64,000 nt of DNA from Parcubacteria group bacterium GW2011_GWA2_43_13 (GCA_000999025.1 LCFM01000005.1:7087-71086); one strand, 5' to 3'. Numbered from the stretch's first letter, positions 36,067 through 46,613 are shown. Translations and numbers: made by a program. Notes: generated by a model not told the origin, from the sequence alone.

Positions 36067-37068
36067 ATGGAACGAGTGATCGTACCCGATGAATTGGAAG
36101 AGGACACTGGTGTGGAGCAGACGCTTCGGCCAGCATGGCTTGCTGATTATATTGGGCAATCAAAAATTAAAGAGAATATCCGTATTTTTATTTCTGCCGC
36201 AAAAATGAGGCAAGAACCATTGGAGCATGTGTTACTCTATGGTCCGCCCGGCCTTGGCAAAACAACTCTTGCGCATGTTATAGCTCATGAAATGGGAACG
36301 CATATACGGGTTACAAGTGGACCAGCTATTGAACGCGCAGGAGATTTGGCTTCTATTTTAACCAATCTTTCTGATGGAGATATTTTATTTATTGATGAAG
36401 TTCATCGTTTAAACCGGCTTATTGAAGAGGTTTTGTATCCTGCTATGGAGGACTATCATTTGGATATTATTATCGGGAAAGGGCCTTCAGCTCGGACGGT
36501 TACAATAGATCTTCCTCATTTTACGTTAATAGGAGCGACAACGCGCGCCAGTTTAATTTCGTCTCCGCTTAGGGATCGTTTTGGCAGTGTGTTTCATCTG
36601 GATTTTTATTCTCACGAGGAAATGAATGATATTATTCAACGTTCTGCTCGGATTTTGTCATTAGCTATTGAGGATGCGGCCACACAGGAAATTGCTCAAA
36701 GATCTCGTAAAACGCCTCGAATAGCGAATCGTCTTTTGCGTCGCGTGCGTGATTACTGTCAAGTAAAAGGGGATGGGAGTATTGGGCATTCAATGACAAA
36801 AGAGTCGCTTGCTCATTTAGATATAGATCATCTTGGTCTTGATTCGGTTGATCGAAAAATACTTCAATTTATTATTGAAAAATATCAAGGCGGTCCTGTC
36901 GGATTGGGAACCATTGCGGCGGCAACGAGTGAAGAAGAGGCGACGATAGAAGATGTGTATGAGCCATTTTTAATACAAATCGGATTTTTGCATCGCACCC
37001 CGCGTGGCAGAATGGCGACTCCTGCGGCATATGACCATTTGGGAGGAGAAGAAAGGAAGTTGCTATGA
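36067..37068 (+). CDS. ruvB: Holliday junction helicase RuvB
   Basis: [37 protein letters not shown]. Confidence 0.97.
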   Translation: MERVIVPDELEEDTGVEQTLRPAWLADYIGQSKIKENIRIFISAAKMRQEPLEHVLLYGPPGLGKTTLAHVIAHEMGTHIRVTSGPAIERAGDLASILTNLSDGDILFIDEVHRLNRLIEEVLYPAMEDYHLDIIIGKGPSARTVTIDLPHFTLIGATTRASLISSPLRDRFGSVFHLDFYSHEEMNDIIQRSARILSLAIEDAATQEIAQRSRKTPRIANRLLRRVRDYCQVKGDGSIGHSMTKESLAHLDIDHLGLDSVDRKILQFIIEKYQGGPVGLGTIAAATSEEEATIEDVYEPFLIQIGFLHRTPRGRMATPAAYDHLGGEERKLL

Positions 37069-37075
37069 TTCCAAA

Positions 37076-37142
37076 TGCCAGTTTTCAGTGATCACATGTC
37101 TCCGTCAGTTGGCGGATTAAATGTGACATTTGAAAACAGGTA
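37076..37142. repeat. Heptamer-type inverted repeat with nested family C palindrome (37101-37116)
   Basis: TGCCAGTTTTCA..TCCGTCAGTTGGCGGA..TGAAAACAGGTA; related arm at 51143. Confidence 0.65.
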
Positions 37143-37150
37143 TTTGATCT

Positions 37151-38185
37151 ATGAATACTTCATTGTTTGATTATCATCTTCCAAAAGAGCTCATAGCTCA
37201 TGAGCCAATAACACCCCGCGATTCAGCGCGGGTGTTTGTTGTGGAGGGGGAGGTGCGTCATCATGATTTTTTTTATAATATTGGGAAATATGTTAAAAAA
37301 GGCGATATTCTTGTGCGTAATGTTACAAAGGTGTTTCCAGCGCGTCTTTATGCTACAAAAATGACTGGAGGTAAGGTAGAGATTTTATTAGTCCGTCCAT
37401 TAGACGGTTCTCGATGGGAGTGTTTAGTAGGGGGACGCGCAAAAGACGGGATGGAGGTGCGATTCGATTGTAGAGACGTGCCCTTGGCACGTCTCTCGGA
37501 AACGCCCCAGGGGGGCGTCTCTATGATATGGATTATAGATTTCGGGCAAAATATAGATAACCTTGGAACACTCATTGAAACCGCAGGTCAAACGCCCGTG
37601 CCACCATATATTCACACCGATATGGCGGAGCAGGAATTGCGCGACCGATATCAAACAATATATGCGCATAAAAGTGGTTCAGTGGCGGCGCCAACCGCTG
37701 GCCTGCATTTTACTGATGAATTGATAGATCAGTTGAAACGCCAAGGTATTGAATTTTTAGACATTATTTTGCATGTGGGGATTGGCACTTTTTTGCCTGT
37801 AAAAACGAAAAACGTAGAAGATCACTCTATGCATGCCGAGTATGTAGATATCTCAAATGAGGTTGCACAAAAAATATGTTCAGCAAAATATGAAGGCCGA
37901 CGTCTCATCGCTATTGGAACAACTACGACCCGTGCGCTTGAGGCGTGCGCAGATACACTGTTATTAGGTAAAGGATATACAGGCGAGGTGAATATATTTA
38001 TAACGCCTGGATACGAGTTTCGTATGATTGATGGATTGGTGACTAATTTTCATCTTCCAAAATCAACATTACTCATGCTGGTTTCTGCGTTTGCAGGCCG
38101 TGAAAATATCCTTTCTTGTTACCAAGAGGCCATTGCATTGGGCTACACATTTTACTCTTTTGGTGATGCAATGCTGATAAGTTAA
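37151..38185 (+). CDS. queA: SAM:tRNA ribosyltransferase-isomerase QueA with family A doublet insertion (37470-37524)
   Basis: FDYHLP, VPPYI, YQTIYA..GSVAAPTAGLHF, TNFHLPKST, FYSFGDAM. Confidence 0.96.
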   Translation: MNTSLFDYHLPKELIAHEPITPRDSARVFVVEGEVRHHDFFYNIGKYVKKGDILVRNVTKVFPARLYATKMTGGKVEILLVRPLDGSRWECLVGGRAKDGMEVRFDCRDVPLARLSETPQGGVSMIWIIDFGQNIDNLGTLIETAGQTPVPPYIHTDMAEQELRDRYQTIYAHKSGSVAAPTAGLHFTDELIDQLKRQGIEFLDIILHVGIGTFLPVKTKNVEDHSMHAEYVDISNEVAQKICSAKYEGRRLIAIGTTTTRALEACADTLLLGKGYTGEVNIFITPGYEFRMIDGLVTNFHLPKSTLLMLVSAFAGRENILSCYQEAIALGYTFYSFGDAMLIS

Positions 38186-38222
38186 AAATACGCTGAAATA
38201 AGCCAAAACATGTCTTTTATGG

Positions 38223-38412
38223 TTGACTTTTTTATGCCAGTGCGCTATACTGTATACAGGTAATTTGAGATTGGATAAGCCCGTAATCGGTACTATGGTA
38301 ACGGGTTTTTTATTTCCACCTTGATGGGTGGCCATCCCTCTTTTGAGGGGGTGCAATAGAACGAGAGGAATGCCACGGATTATGTGTAAGATAGTGCTAT
38401 TCCTTTTGTTCT
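38223..38412 (+). promoter_or_regulatory. Promoter and structured leader with internal terminator-like hairpin
   Basis: TTGACT-17-TATACT; CCCGTAATCG..TGGTAACGGG-TTTTTT; three further hairpins. Confidence 0.5.
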
Positions 38413-38988
38413 ATGCGGCTCATGTCATATAAAAAATATCTCATAACAATCCATCGGTTTCGCCTCGGATTTGGCATTGCCGCGCTGGTGTTTTTGATGC
38501 ACGTGCTGTTTCCTCAATATGTGCTTGCAAATACTTCCCAGCAGTTTGGAGTGGCGGTACTTGAATTTCCATTAAATGGTGAATGGTTACCTTCAAAAGA
38601 TTTGGTACCTACGGTGGCATCGGTGTATACAGATACAACAGATCAAAAAATTGTTCAAAGTCCTGATTATCAAGTTGTATGGGATCGGTACATGACCATT
38701 ACAGCATATTCCAGTACCCCTGATCAAACAGACGGATCGCCGTATCTTGCGGCTCGGGGTCATGTGGTGCATTGGGGTATGGTTGCGGCCAATGATTTGA
38801 AAATTGGAACACAGGTTCGTATGCCGGATTTATTCGGTGATCAAGTTTTTACTGTACTTGATCGCATGAATGCGCGATACAGTGGCGGATGGCGATTGGA
38901 CGTATGGATGCCGGTGCGTGATGATGCAAAGCGATTTGGCAAACGATATACGCGAGTGGAGATTGTACAGGAAGAAGTATCCCAGTAA
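38413..38988 (+). CDS. 3D-domain (MltA-like) secreted cell-wall protein
   Basis: TITAYSSTPDQTD, VAANDLKIGT, VLDRM, LDVWM. Confidence 0.85.
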   Translation: MRLMSYKKYLITIHRFRLGFGIAALVFLMHVLFPQYVLANTSQQFGVAVLEFPLNGEWLPSKDLVPTVASVYTDTTDQKIVQSPDYQVVWDRYMTITAYSSTPDQTDGSPYLAARGHVVHWGMVAANDLKIGTQVRMPDLFGDQVFTVLDRMNARYSGGWRLDVWMPVRDDAKRFGKRYTRVEIVQEEVSQ

Positions 38989-39000
38989 AATAAATATTAA

Positions 39001-39028
39001 AAAACGGCCATTTCTATCGGCCGTTTTT
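39001..39028. terminator. Bidirectional terminator
   Basis: AAAACGGCC..GGCCGTTTTT between convergent genes. Confidence 0.65.
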
Positions 39029-39495
39029 TAGTTATGCATGATTTTTAGCGCTGTCAGCGCATAATGGCGGATATGATCGCGGATATCGAGGGTTGGATCA
39101 GTGAGTTCTTTTTTGGTAAACCAGTGGATGTCTTCGCTTTGTTCTTTGCCTTCGTTTTTGACAGTATTGGTGTGCGTTATTGCAAAGTAGGTGAATGTGA
39201 TGTGCTCGTGGGAGTCGCTGATTCTGTGGCGGTTCATAAACATCGGTGGAATCAATTCTGTATAATCATGTGTCTGAATATCAAAGGGTCGTAACGCATC
39301 ATAGAGAGTTATATTAAGGGCTACCTCTTCTTTTACTTCCCTGATTGCGGCTTGATTGGGATCTTCATCTAATCCAATATGTCCGCCAATACTTAACCAT
39401 ATGTTATATTTATCATGTTTCCGTAATAACACGGTGTTTTGATAAACAATAAACACCTCTGTCGTAAAATCTGTTTTTTCATGGATGTGTGGCAT
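39028..39495 (-). CDS. NUDIX hydrolase
   Basis: GGHIGLDEDPNQAAIREVKEE Nudix box. Confidence 0.88.
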   Translation of the reverse strand: MPHIHEKTDFTTEVFIVYQNTVLLRKHDKYNIWLSIGGHIGLDEDPNQAAIREVKEEVALNITLYDALRPFDIQTHDYTELIPPMFMNRHRISDSHEHITFTYFAITHTNTVKNEGKEQSEDIHWFTKKELTDPTLDIRDHIRHYALTALKIMHN

Positions 39496-39563
39496 ATTAC
39501 CAGAGGATACATTTTATATCTCTACACAGAGTCAATGGCAGGTGGTGGCGAGAATCGAGTGGG

Positions 39564-39635
39564 AGGCAACGGCGGGAATCGAACCCGCGTATAAGGGTTT
39601 TGCAGACCCATGCCTTACCACTTGGCTACGTTGCC
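39564..39635 (-). tRNA. tRNA-Cys(GCA)
   Basis: GGCAACG..CGTTGCCT acceptor, loop CTGCAAA, GGTTCGATTCC. Confidence 0.94.
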
Positions 39636-39809
39636 TCTCACTCGATTGAATCGCTCCGCACCTTTCCGTTCAATGGGTTTTGGTATTCAACGGAAGAGAG
39701 CGAAGCGGCTCCGCCTCACATCTATGATTTTAAAGAAGATCATTCGCGAGAAAGGTGTGGGGTTGCAGACCCCATGCCTGACCATTGTTGGTTTGTCATT
39801 TGTGTCGGC

Positions 39810-39841
39810 TTGCAGAGACGGGGTTAACCCCGTCTCTGCAA
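39810..39841. repeat. Family A perfect 32-bp palindrome with compensatory change (GCAG/CTGC ends)
   Basis: TTGCAGAGACGGGGTT|AACCCCGTCTCTGCAA. Confidence 0.88.
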
Positions 39842-39957
39842 CTAAAAACACATCAACTGTACCAAGATTAGTGCCAAAATGCAACTATTCAAAAAGGATG
39901 GAGGAAGGTATACTGGTTGGAGTAATACCACCTCATCTCTCTTGGGGAGGCCGAACT

Positions 39958-42678
39958 ATGAAACGAGAAAAACTCATGATAATTGACGGTAATGCGTTAG
40001 TGCATCGAGCATGGCACGCGATTCCGCCAACCATGAAAACATCAAAGGGTGAGGTAGTGAATGCGGTGTACGGCGTTACCCTTGCTTTGTTGCGGGCGTT
40101 AAAAGATCTTCAGCCGACATATGCGATTATGACATTTGATGAAAAAGGTCCGACATTTCGAGACGAGTTGTTTGATGCATACAAAGCCAATCGCGAAAAA
40201 AAACCAGACGAACTCTATGCCCAAATCCCCCGTATTCGTGAGGTTGCAGAATCGTTAGGTTTGTTTTGCGTGAGCAAACAGGGGGTTGAGGCAGACGATG
40301 TTATTGGCACACTTGCTGAATTATTTAAAAAAGGCACTGATGTTGAAATTTTGACAGGTGATTTAGATACGCTTCAACTTATTGAGGATAACGTAACAGT
40401 GTTTACCTTTAAGCAGGGGGTAAAGGATATGGTAGTGTATGATACTGCCGCAGTTGTTGCGCGATATGGACTGGTGCCGGATCAGATGATTGATTTTAAA
40501 GCGCTACGCGGCGATCCATCGGATAACATTCCCGGGGTAAGGGGGATTGGGGAAAAGGGGGCGATTGAGTTGTTGAAAGAGTTTAAGACGTTGGAGAAGT
40601 TATATGGGTTTTTGGAGAACAGCACCATCCCGTCTCACTTACGGGGATCCACGATAAAGAAATTGAAAGAAGGGAAGAAAGATGCATTCATGAGCAAGGA
40701 ACTTGCTACTATTAAGAGGGATGTGAGTGTTGCGATTGTCAAAGAAGATGCCGAATGGCAAAAAGGAGATACTATTAAAGCACAACATCTTTTTACAGAA
40801 CTTGAGTTTAAATCGTTGTTACCGATTCTCCAGAACTTGAAAAAAGATAATAAAGAAACCGTACTACCATTGGCAATCGAACAGTCCTCTGATGGGCACG
40901 TCTATCGTCTTGTAGAGTTAGATGAGGATATTGTTGCATTGTGTAAAAGAATAGAAAAACAAGAGATTTTTTCTATTGATACAGAAACCACCAGTTTAAA
41001 TCGGTTGGAAGCGCGGGTGATTGGCATCAGTATCTGCTGGAAAGCAGGGGATGCGTATTATATTCCGTTCCTTGGGGATCGACGGCCGGAACAGTACAAA
41101 GAATTAGTGAAATTATTAGAATCAACTGCGTGCAAAAAAGTTGCTCATAACGCAAAATATGATATTGAGGTTTTGGCAAATCACGGAATTACAGTGCACG
41201 GTATGGCTTTTGATACGATGATTGCGGCATATTTATTGCGACCGGATGCCGCAAGTTATAGCTTGGATAATTTGGCATTTTCGGAATTTGGACATCAGAT
41301 GATTCCCATTACATCGTTAATAGGGTCGCGCGGTAAAAATCAAATTACCATGGATATGGCGCCATTGGATAAAGTTGTGGAATACGGGGCAGAAGACGCG
41401 GATTATACATGGCAATTGTATGAACGTCTTGCTCAAGACATTACAGATGAGCAGTTAAAAAAAGTGTTGCTTGATATAGAAATGCCGCTGGTTGAGGTGC
41501 TGGCACGGATGGAGCGTAATGGAGTTGAATTGGATGTTCCATTTCTTAAGAAGATGGGCAAGGAGCTGGGAGACAAACTTTCTAAACTTGAACAAAAAAT
41601 TTATTCATATGCGGGGCGGGAATTTAATATTAATTCTCCCAGCCAGTTAAGCGAAATATTGTTTGATGATTTACAGCTTTCAACTCGCCACGCAAAAAAA
41701 CGAATAAAAGGATTTTCAACTGCGAGCGATGTGTTGGAGCGGCTGGAGCACGAACATCTTATTATCCCATGTATCATGGAATATAGAGAATATTCAAAAC
41801 TTAAATCAACCTATATTGATGCCTTGCCCAAGATGGTAAGCACGCAGACAGGTCGTCTACATACTGACTATAACCAAGCCGTTGCGGCCACCGGTCGTTT
41901 GTCATCCAGTAATCCTAATTTACAGAATATTCCGATTCGAACCGAGGTAGGCAGAAAAATACGTCATGCATTTGTGGCGCCAAAGGGGAAAGTGCTTGTT
42001 GCGGCGGATTATTCTCAAATAGAATTGCGATTGGCCGCGCATTTAGCCAATGACGAAAAGATGATTCAAATTTTTAAAGATAAGAGAGATATTCATACCG
42101 AGACAGCGGCTGTTATCAATAATGTTGATATTAAAGATGTGACGTCTGATATGCGACGGGCCGCTAAAGAAGTAAATTTTGGCGTGCTATATGGAATGGG
42201 CTGGCTGGGGCTTTCGCAACGCACTGGTATTTCGCGCGACGAGGCACAGCGTTTTATAGAACAATATTTTGCGCTTTTCCCTAAAGTCGCGGAATATGTA
42301 GAAGAGACAAAGGCGCTTGCGCGAAAATTGGGATATGTTGAAACCGCATTTGGTCGCAGGCGATATTTGCCAGATATGAATGCCACTGCTCCTCAATTGC
42401 GCGCTCTGGCAGAGCGCATGGCAGTGAATACTCCATTACAGGGGACTGCGGCCGATTTAATGAAACTTGCCATGATTGCGATTGATAAAAAATTACAAGA
42501 CAGGGAATTGATAATTTTGCAAGTACATGATGAGCTTGTATTTGAAGTTTCTGAACATCGGGCAGAGGATGTTGCGAACATGGTGGTTGAAGAAATGGAA
42601 ACAGTAGAAAAATTTCGTGTACCGATAGTTGTGGAAGTGCATGTTGGCCATAATTGGGGAAGTATGAAACCATTATGA
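39958..42678 (+). CDS. polA: DNA polymerase I
   Basis: IIDGNALVHRA, EADDVIGT, GDPSDNIPGV, DTET exo, DYSQIELR, QVHDELVFE. Confidence 0.97.
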   Translation: MKREKLMIIDGNALVHRAWHAIPPTMKTSKGEVVNAVYGVTLALLRALKDLQPTYAIMTFDEKGPTFRDELFDAYKANREKKPDELYAQIPRIREVAESLGLFCVSKQGVEADDVIGTLAELFKKGTDVEILTGDLDTLQLIEDNVTVFTFKQGVKDMVVYDTAAVVARYGLVPDQMIDFKALRGDPSDNIPGVRGIGEKGAIELLKEFKTLEKLYGFLENSTIPSHLRGSTIKKLKEGKKDAFMSKELATIKRDVSVAIVKEDAEWQKGDTIKAQHLFTELEFKSLLPILQNLKKDNKETVLPLAIEQSSDGHVYRLVELDEDIVALCKRIEKQEIFSIDTETTSLNRLEARVIGISICWKAGDAYYIPFLGDRRPEQYKELVKLLESTACKKVAHNAKYDIEVLANHGITVHGMAFDTMIAAYLLRPDAASYSLDNLAFSEFGHQMIPITSLIGSRGKNQITMDMAPLDKVVEYGAEDADYTWQLYERLAQDITDEQLKKVLLDIEMPLVEVLARMERNGVELDVPFLKKMGKELGDKLSKLEQKIYSYAGREFNINSPSQLSEILFDDLQLSTRHAKKRIKGFSTASDVLERLEHEHLIIPCIMEYREYSKLKSTYIDALPKMVSTQTGRLHTDYNQAVAATGRLSSSNPNLQNIPIRTEVGRKIRHAFVAPKGKVLVAADYSQIELRLAAHLANDEKMIQIFKDKRDIHTETAAVINNVDIKDVTSDMRRAAKEVNFGVLYGMGWLGLSQRTGISRDEAQRFIEQYFALFPKVAEYVEETKALARKLGYVETAFGRRRYLPDMNATAPQLRALAERMAVNTPLQGTAADLMKLAMIAIDKKLQDRELIILQVHDELVFEVSEHRAEDVANMVVEEMETVEKFRVPIVVEVHVGHNWGSMKPL

Positions 42679-43655
42679 TCATTTTTTTTTACGGCGAAGA
42701 TACATTTCGCGCTCATGAAAAAGTTGAGGAGATAAAGGCGAAATTCATGCGTGAGATTGATGCGACTGGCAATGGCACCACAAGCGTTGATAGTCAAGAT
42801 ATTGTTATTGACGATCTTGCTCGGCTTATGGCAAGCGGGGGCGGGTTTTTTAGTGCAAAGCGGTTGATTATATTGAAAAATCCTTTTTTTGCAAAAAAAG
42901 CATGGAAAGATGCGTTGTGCGAATTGATTCCTTCTTTTATCACAGAAACAGGGAGTGATGCGAATATGTTGTTGATTTGGCAGGCCGGCAGTATTGATAA
43001 GCGGGAGGCATTGTGGAACAGTTTAAAAGATGCGCCATTTAAACAGGAGTGGGTACTTTTGCAAGGCGGATTATTGAGTCAGTGGGTCAAGAAGCGATTC
43101 GAGCAGTATGGTATGGAGTGCGATTTTGATGCGCAGATGTTGTTAGAAGCGTGCGTTGGTCCTGATCTGTGCCATATGAATCATGAAATAGAAAAAGTGA
43201 GTGCGTATGCCATGGCGCAGGGAAGGTCGGGCGTTATTTTGAGCGATGTGCAACAGTTGGTAGAAGCGCGGTTTAATGACGATATTTTTGGACTCATGGA
43301 TGCTGTAAGCGGTAAACAGAATCAAAAAGCAGTGTTTTTACTGAATGATCAATGGCGTGCTGGAGCCGATCCTTTGTATGTCTTGGGTATGCTTATTCGT
43401 CAGTTTCGGATTTTAGCATTAGTCAAACACAAGAGTGATATTACACCGGTTTCAGCTCGCAGTATTGCTCAAGAATTATCACTCCATCCTTTTGTTGTAG
43501 AAAAAGCAATCAAGCAGAGTAAAAATTTTTCATGGCATCGTTTGATTGAGGCGTATCATGCGCTGGTGCGCGTGGATTCAGCGGTAAAAACCAGCGCGTG
43601 TAAAGGAGAAGAGATGGTGGCATATTGTATTGCAAGAGTATTGCTTTCTTCGTGA
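42675..43655 (+). CDS. holA: DNA polymerase III subunit delta
   Basis: MIIFFYGEDTF, FFSAKRLIILKN, HEIEKV, LHPFVVEK. Confidence 0.88.
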   Translation: MIIFFYGEDTFRAHEKVEEIKAKFMREIDATGNGTTSVDSQDIVIDDLARLMASGGGFFSAKRLIILKNPFFAKKAWKDALCELIPSFITETGSDANMLLIWQAGSIDKREALWNSLKDAPFKQEWVLLQGGLLSQWVKKRFEQYGMECDFDAQMLLEACVGPDLCHMNHEIEKVSAYAMAQGRSGVILSDVQQLVEARFNDDIFGLMDAVSGKQNQKAVFLLNDQWRAGADPLYVLGMLIRQFRILALVKHKSDITPVSARSIAQELSLHPFVVEKAIKQSKNFSWHRLIEAYHALVRVDSAVKTSACKGEEMVAYCIARVLLSS

Positions 43656-43667
43656 TATAAAAATAAT

Positions 43668-43693
43668 GAGACGCCCCAACGGGGCGTCTCTAC
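43668..43693 (-). repeat. Family A palindrome between convergent holA and rpsT
   Basis: GAGACGCCCCAACGGGGCGTCTCTAC, nearly identical to 421-446. Confidence 0.88.
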
Positions 43694-43704
43694 AATTTCT
43701 ACAA

Positions 43705-43977
43705 TTATGCGGTTTTGAGGGTATTAAGTCGTTTCATGAGCCGCGATTTTTTACGAGCTGCGGTATTTTTTTTGATAACTTTTTTTTGCGCGGCTTTATC
43801 TATTTCCTTGATTGCTGTATACACCTTGCCCCACGCGTCAATGCGATTCGGTTGCGTGCTGATGATTTTTGTTGCATCTTTTACGGCATCTTTCACTTTG
43901 CGTTTGATGGTGCGATTTTGGGAAGTTCTTTTTTCCGTTTGCCGCACATGTTTAAATGCTGATTTCTTGACTGGCAT
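43705..43977 (-). CDS. rpsT: 30S ribosomal protein S20
   Basis: KSAFKHVRQ, IDKAAQKKVIKKNTAARKKSRL. Confidence 0.95.
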   Translation of the reverse strand: MPVKKSAFKHVRQTEKRTSQNRTIKRKVKDAVKDATKIISTQPNRIDAWGKVYTAIKEIDKAAQKKVIKKNTAARKKSRLMKRLNTLKTA

Positions 43978-44044
43978 AAGATAAATGTATTACATATATA
44001 CAAGACGTACAAAACCATATCATACTTTATTTGTCAGCGCAAGA

Positions 44045-44968
44045 TCATGGCAGTTTTTGCAGTTTTTCCTGTGGAGTAAGCCATTGTTGTTCAATGCGGG
44101 ATGCCGGGACTGTATAAGTGAATTCTTTATTGGTCCCTTGAACATAATACTCTTCTTTATCCGATACTTTTGCGCTAATCGTAATAATTATTGGGGTTGT
44201 ATCTTTTTTATTCAGTATCATCTGCGCGAATGGCGAATCAAACGCAGGCGTTATGGATGGGTTGTTTGACGGTATTATATCTGTCGCATCTGTTTCAATA
44301 ATAGAAACCAGAATATCCCTGATTTTTTCAGCATCAAGATCTGTGTCATTTTCTTTCCATTCAAGTTTGTCTTCTTGTTTTGAGAGCTCGCGTGATCTGG
44401 TATTTTGTGTGATGGTTATTTTTTCTATATCAGAAGCTTCAATATCCGGCGCGATGCGCAGGTCGCGCCAATCAATTTGATCAAACGTGAATCTGCAATT
44501 TGGGGAAACAAGGTACACGCTATTTTTGTTTTTAAGACGGAGGTAGCAACTGGCATAATCCAGTCCGCTTTTTCCGATAATAAATTCGGATAACGTATTG
44601 TTTTGAGAGTCGGCTATGCGTACGTTTATCCCGAGTGCGTCTGATATCTCAAGTTCTGTGTGTTTTTGAGCGGTTTCTGCTATTCGTTGTTTGATGCGCA
44701 GATCAGTGAAAAATGATTCAATCTGGTCAATACTATTGTGGCGCACAGGATACCATGTGGCATCTTTTTCTACACGCCATGAATCATCTTTTTTTTGAAG
44801 AGATGCTGTGCCGATAGTGATAGCGCTTGCCGTATCCCATGAAAAAGAATTCCAAAGCGACGATGGGACTGAAGATTGCGAGCGTTGTTGTTGGGTGGAT
44901 TGTTGTATAAAAAACCATCCTGCAATGAGAACACCAAGAATTATCAGCGCGATACAAATTTTTTTCAT
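44045..44968 (-). CDS. DUF4340-like membrane-anchored protein
   Basis: N-terminal TM, duplicated LQKKDDSW/LSKQEDKLEW modules, DWRDLRI; usual neighbour of Gld-like ABC operons. Confidence 0.72.
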   Translation of the reverse strand: MKKICIALIILGVLIAGWFFIQQSTQQQRSQSSVPSSLWNSFSWDTASAITIGTASLQKKDDSWRVEKDATWYPVRHNSIDQIESFFTDLRIKQRIAETAQKHTELEISDALGINVRIADSQNNTLSEFIIGKSGLDYASCYLRLKNKNSVYLVSPNCRFTFDQIDWRDLRIAPDIEASDIEKITITQNTRSRELSKQEDKLEWKENDTDLDAEKIRDILVSIIETDATDIIPSNNPSITPAFDSPFAQMILNKKDTTPIIITISAKVSDKEEYYVQGTNKEFTYTVPASRIEQQWLTPQEKLQKLP

Positions 44969-44977
44969 AGATGTTTG

Positions 44978-46534
44978 CTATGTGCGTTTTTTGCGTAAGA
45001 GAAATCTGGTAATGCCAAATATTCCAAGAAGAAGGGGGATAATCACAATATTACCCCATTTGATGAACATTTTTTGCGTTTGATCAAGTTCTTTAATCGG
45101 TCGCATATCAATGATACGGGCGCGGATTGACAGTAATGCTTCATCTTGCGCCGCCGCGTCAATGATGTTTAACGCAAGGACCACGTTGGGCGTGAATTGC
45201 GCAGTGAAATTATCTTTAAGAAAATCGCTGTCTGCAATCGCAAAGATACGTGCGTTTGTTGTATTATTCTTTTTTTCTGATAATGGAGATTGTGATGATT
45301 CCAGTATTGGCGGAGCGTCTTTCTCTTTAAAATAACTTGAGGCAGCACCTATTATTTGCGCGGCAATAACGCGTTTTCCCTGTTGAGACCCTGCTTGTTG
45401 ATTCGTGGGGTCAAGCGATTCGGTAATTGGTTTTTCCCATGCGCGATCAGTGGTTTCAATAAGCGGTTGTGCGGCGTCATTTGAAATGGTGTAGTCAGCA
45501 GACCATGGGAATACCACTCCTTCCAACCGATTCACCAGAGCGCTTTCTTTATTCATACCGGTTTGAGGTACTTTAACCCATAATGGGTATTGGGTGATAA
45601 ATTGTCCGAATTGCGTTCTGAACGATGCCAATGAGTTTGAAAGATCGCCGATGATCACATTATTTTGTTTGATGCCGTATGATTCAAGAAGAGAATTGAG
45701 TCCAGTGTCTAATGGTTCTGCTTTCAGATTATCGCCAATCGTGTGCGACTCGGAAAATATCACTAATGATTTATCCTGCATCACAAATTGATCAATCAGA
45801 TAGAGCTGTGATTGTGAAAACGGTTGTGTGGGGCCTGCGATTATCAGGACGGATAGATCTTCGGGAAGAGTCGTTGTTGTTTCAAGATCAATATCCTGCC
45901 ATTCGTATCGTTGGCGTACATCTTTGACAATGCTTTGAATCTGTTCTTCAGAAGAAAGCGTGCCGTTGCTTGTAACGTATCCGATAACAGGCGTTGACGA
46001 TCGGGTAATTTTTTTAATACCTGCGGTAAGATCATACTCAAGCGTTTCTATTGAATTGATCACCGGAATGCCTTCTTTTTTATCACCATAGAAAATGCCT
46101 ATTCCCATATATCCTTGCGCAAGTTCATATTTGTCGTTTTCAATGATTTCAAATTGGATAGAAGGAACGCCGACAGTCGCGAGTTCGGTTTCAATACCTG
46201 GCGTTTCTTTAGGATCAATAAATGTAATCAACAGTTTGCCGTGCGATTGGGCCGCGTATTCTTCCAATAAATCTCGAACATTATCCCGAATTGGACGCAG
46301 GCGCGCATTTAAGTCCTTTGAAAAATACGCTTTGATATTAACGATATCATCAAGCGTGTTGAGGGTTTGTTTGGTTACGGGGGATAAGCTGAATTCTTTA
46401 TTTTTCGTGAAATCAAAACGGACCTGTGTAACAGAAACAATAAGGTTGAGTACGAGTAAAGAGGCGGCGATAATTGCTATGAGCGTTTGTGCCTGCACTC
46501 GTTGTGATTGCTTTTTAGAAAGGGAGAATTTCAT
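44978..46534 (-). CDS. GldG-like ABC transporter auxiliary component
   Basis: RFDFTKNKEFSLS, FIDP, LEYDLT, IDQFVM, DSDFL, C-terminal TM. Confidence 0.85.
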   Translation of the reverse strand: MKFSLSKKQSQRVQAQTLIAIIAASLLVLNLIVSVTQVRFDFTKNKEFSLSPVTKQTLNTLDDIVNIKAYFSKDLNARLRPIRDNVRDLLEEYAAQSHGKLLITFIDPKETPGIETELATVGVPSIQFEIIENDKYELAQGYMGIGIFYGDKKEGIPVINSIETLEYDLTAGIKKITRSSTPVIGYVTSNGTLSSEEQIQSIVKDVRQRYEWQDIDLETTTTLPEDLSVLIIAGPTQPFSQSQLYLIDQFVMQDKSLVIFSESHTIGDNLKAEPLDTGLNSLLESYGIKQNNVIIGDLSNSLASFRTQFGQFITQYPLWVKVPQTGMNKESALVNRLEGVVFPWSADYTISNDAAQPLIETTDRAWEKPITESLDPTNQQAGSQQGKRVIAAQIIGAASSYFKEKDAPPILESSQSPLSEKKNNTTNARIFAIADSDFLKDNFTAQFTPNVVLALNIIDAAAQDEALLSIRARIIDMRPIKELDQTQKMFIKWGNIVIIPLLLGIFGITRFLLRKKRT

Positions 46535-46613
46535 ATTATTATCAAGCGAGCAAGCGAAGAGCAAAATCATTTGCTCTTCCGAGCGAGCGCAGATAACACA
46601 GGGGTAATACCCT

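Noticed and set aside
38255-38330. preQ1 or c-di-GMP riboswitch near queA
   Set aside because: It lies downstream of queA, and the conserved aptamer nucleotides are not recognisable.
39540-39800. tmRNA or split/intron-containing tRNA-Cys
   Set aside because: The tRNA-Cys is complete and uninterrupted; no tmRNA ends or tag frame were found.
39610-39957. N-terminal extension of PolA in the ORF track
   Set aside because: Overlaps tRNA-Cys and repeats; the conserved PolA sequence starts at ATG 39958. Similar over-extensions were trimmed for smc, tsaD, GT4, the GldG-like gene, murE and FemAB.
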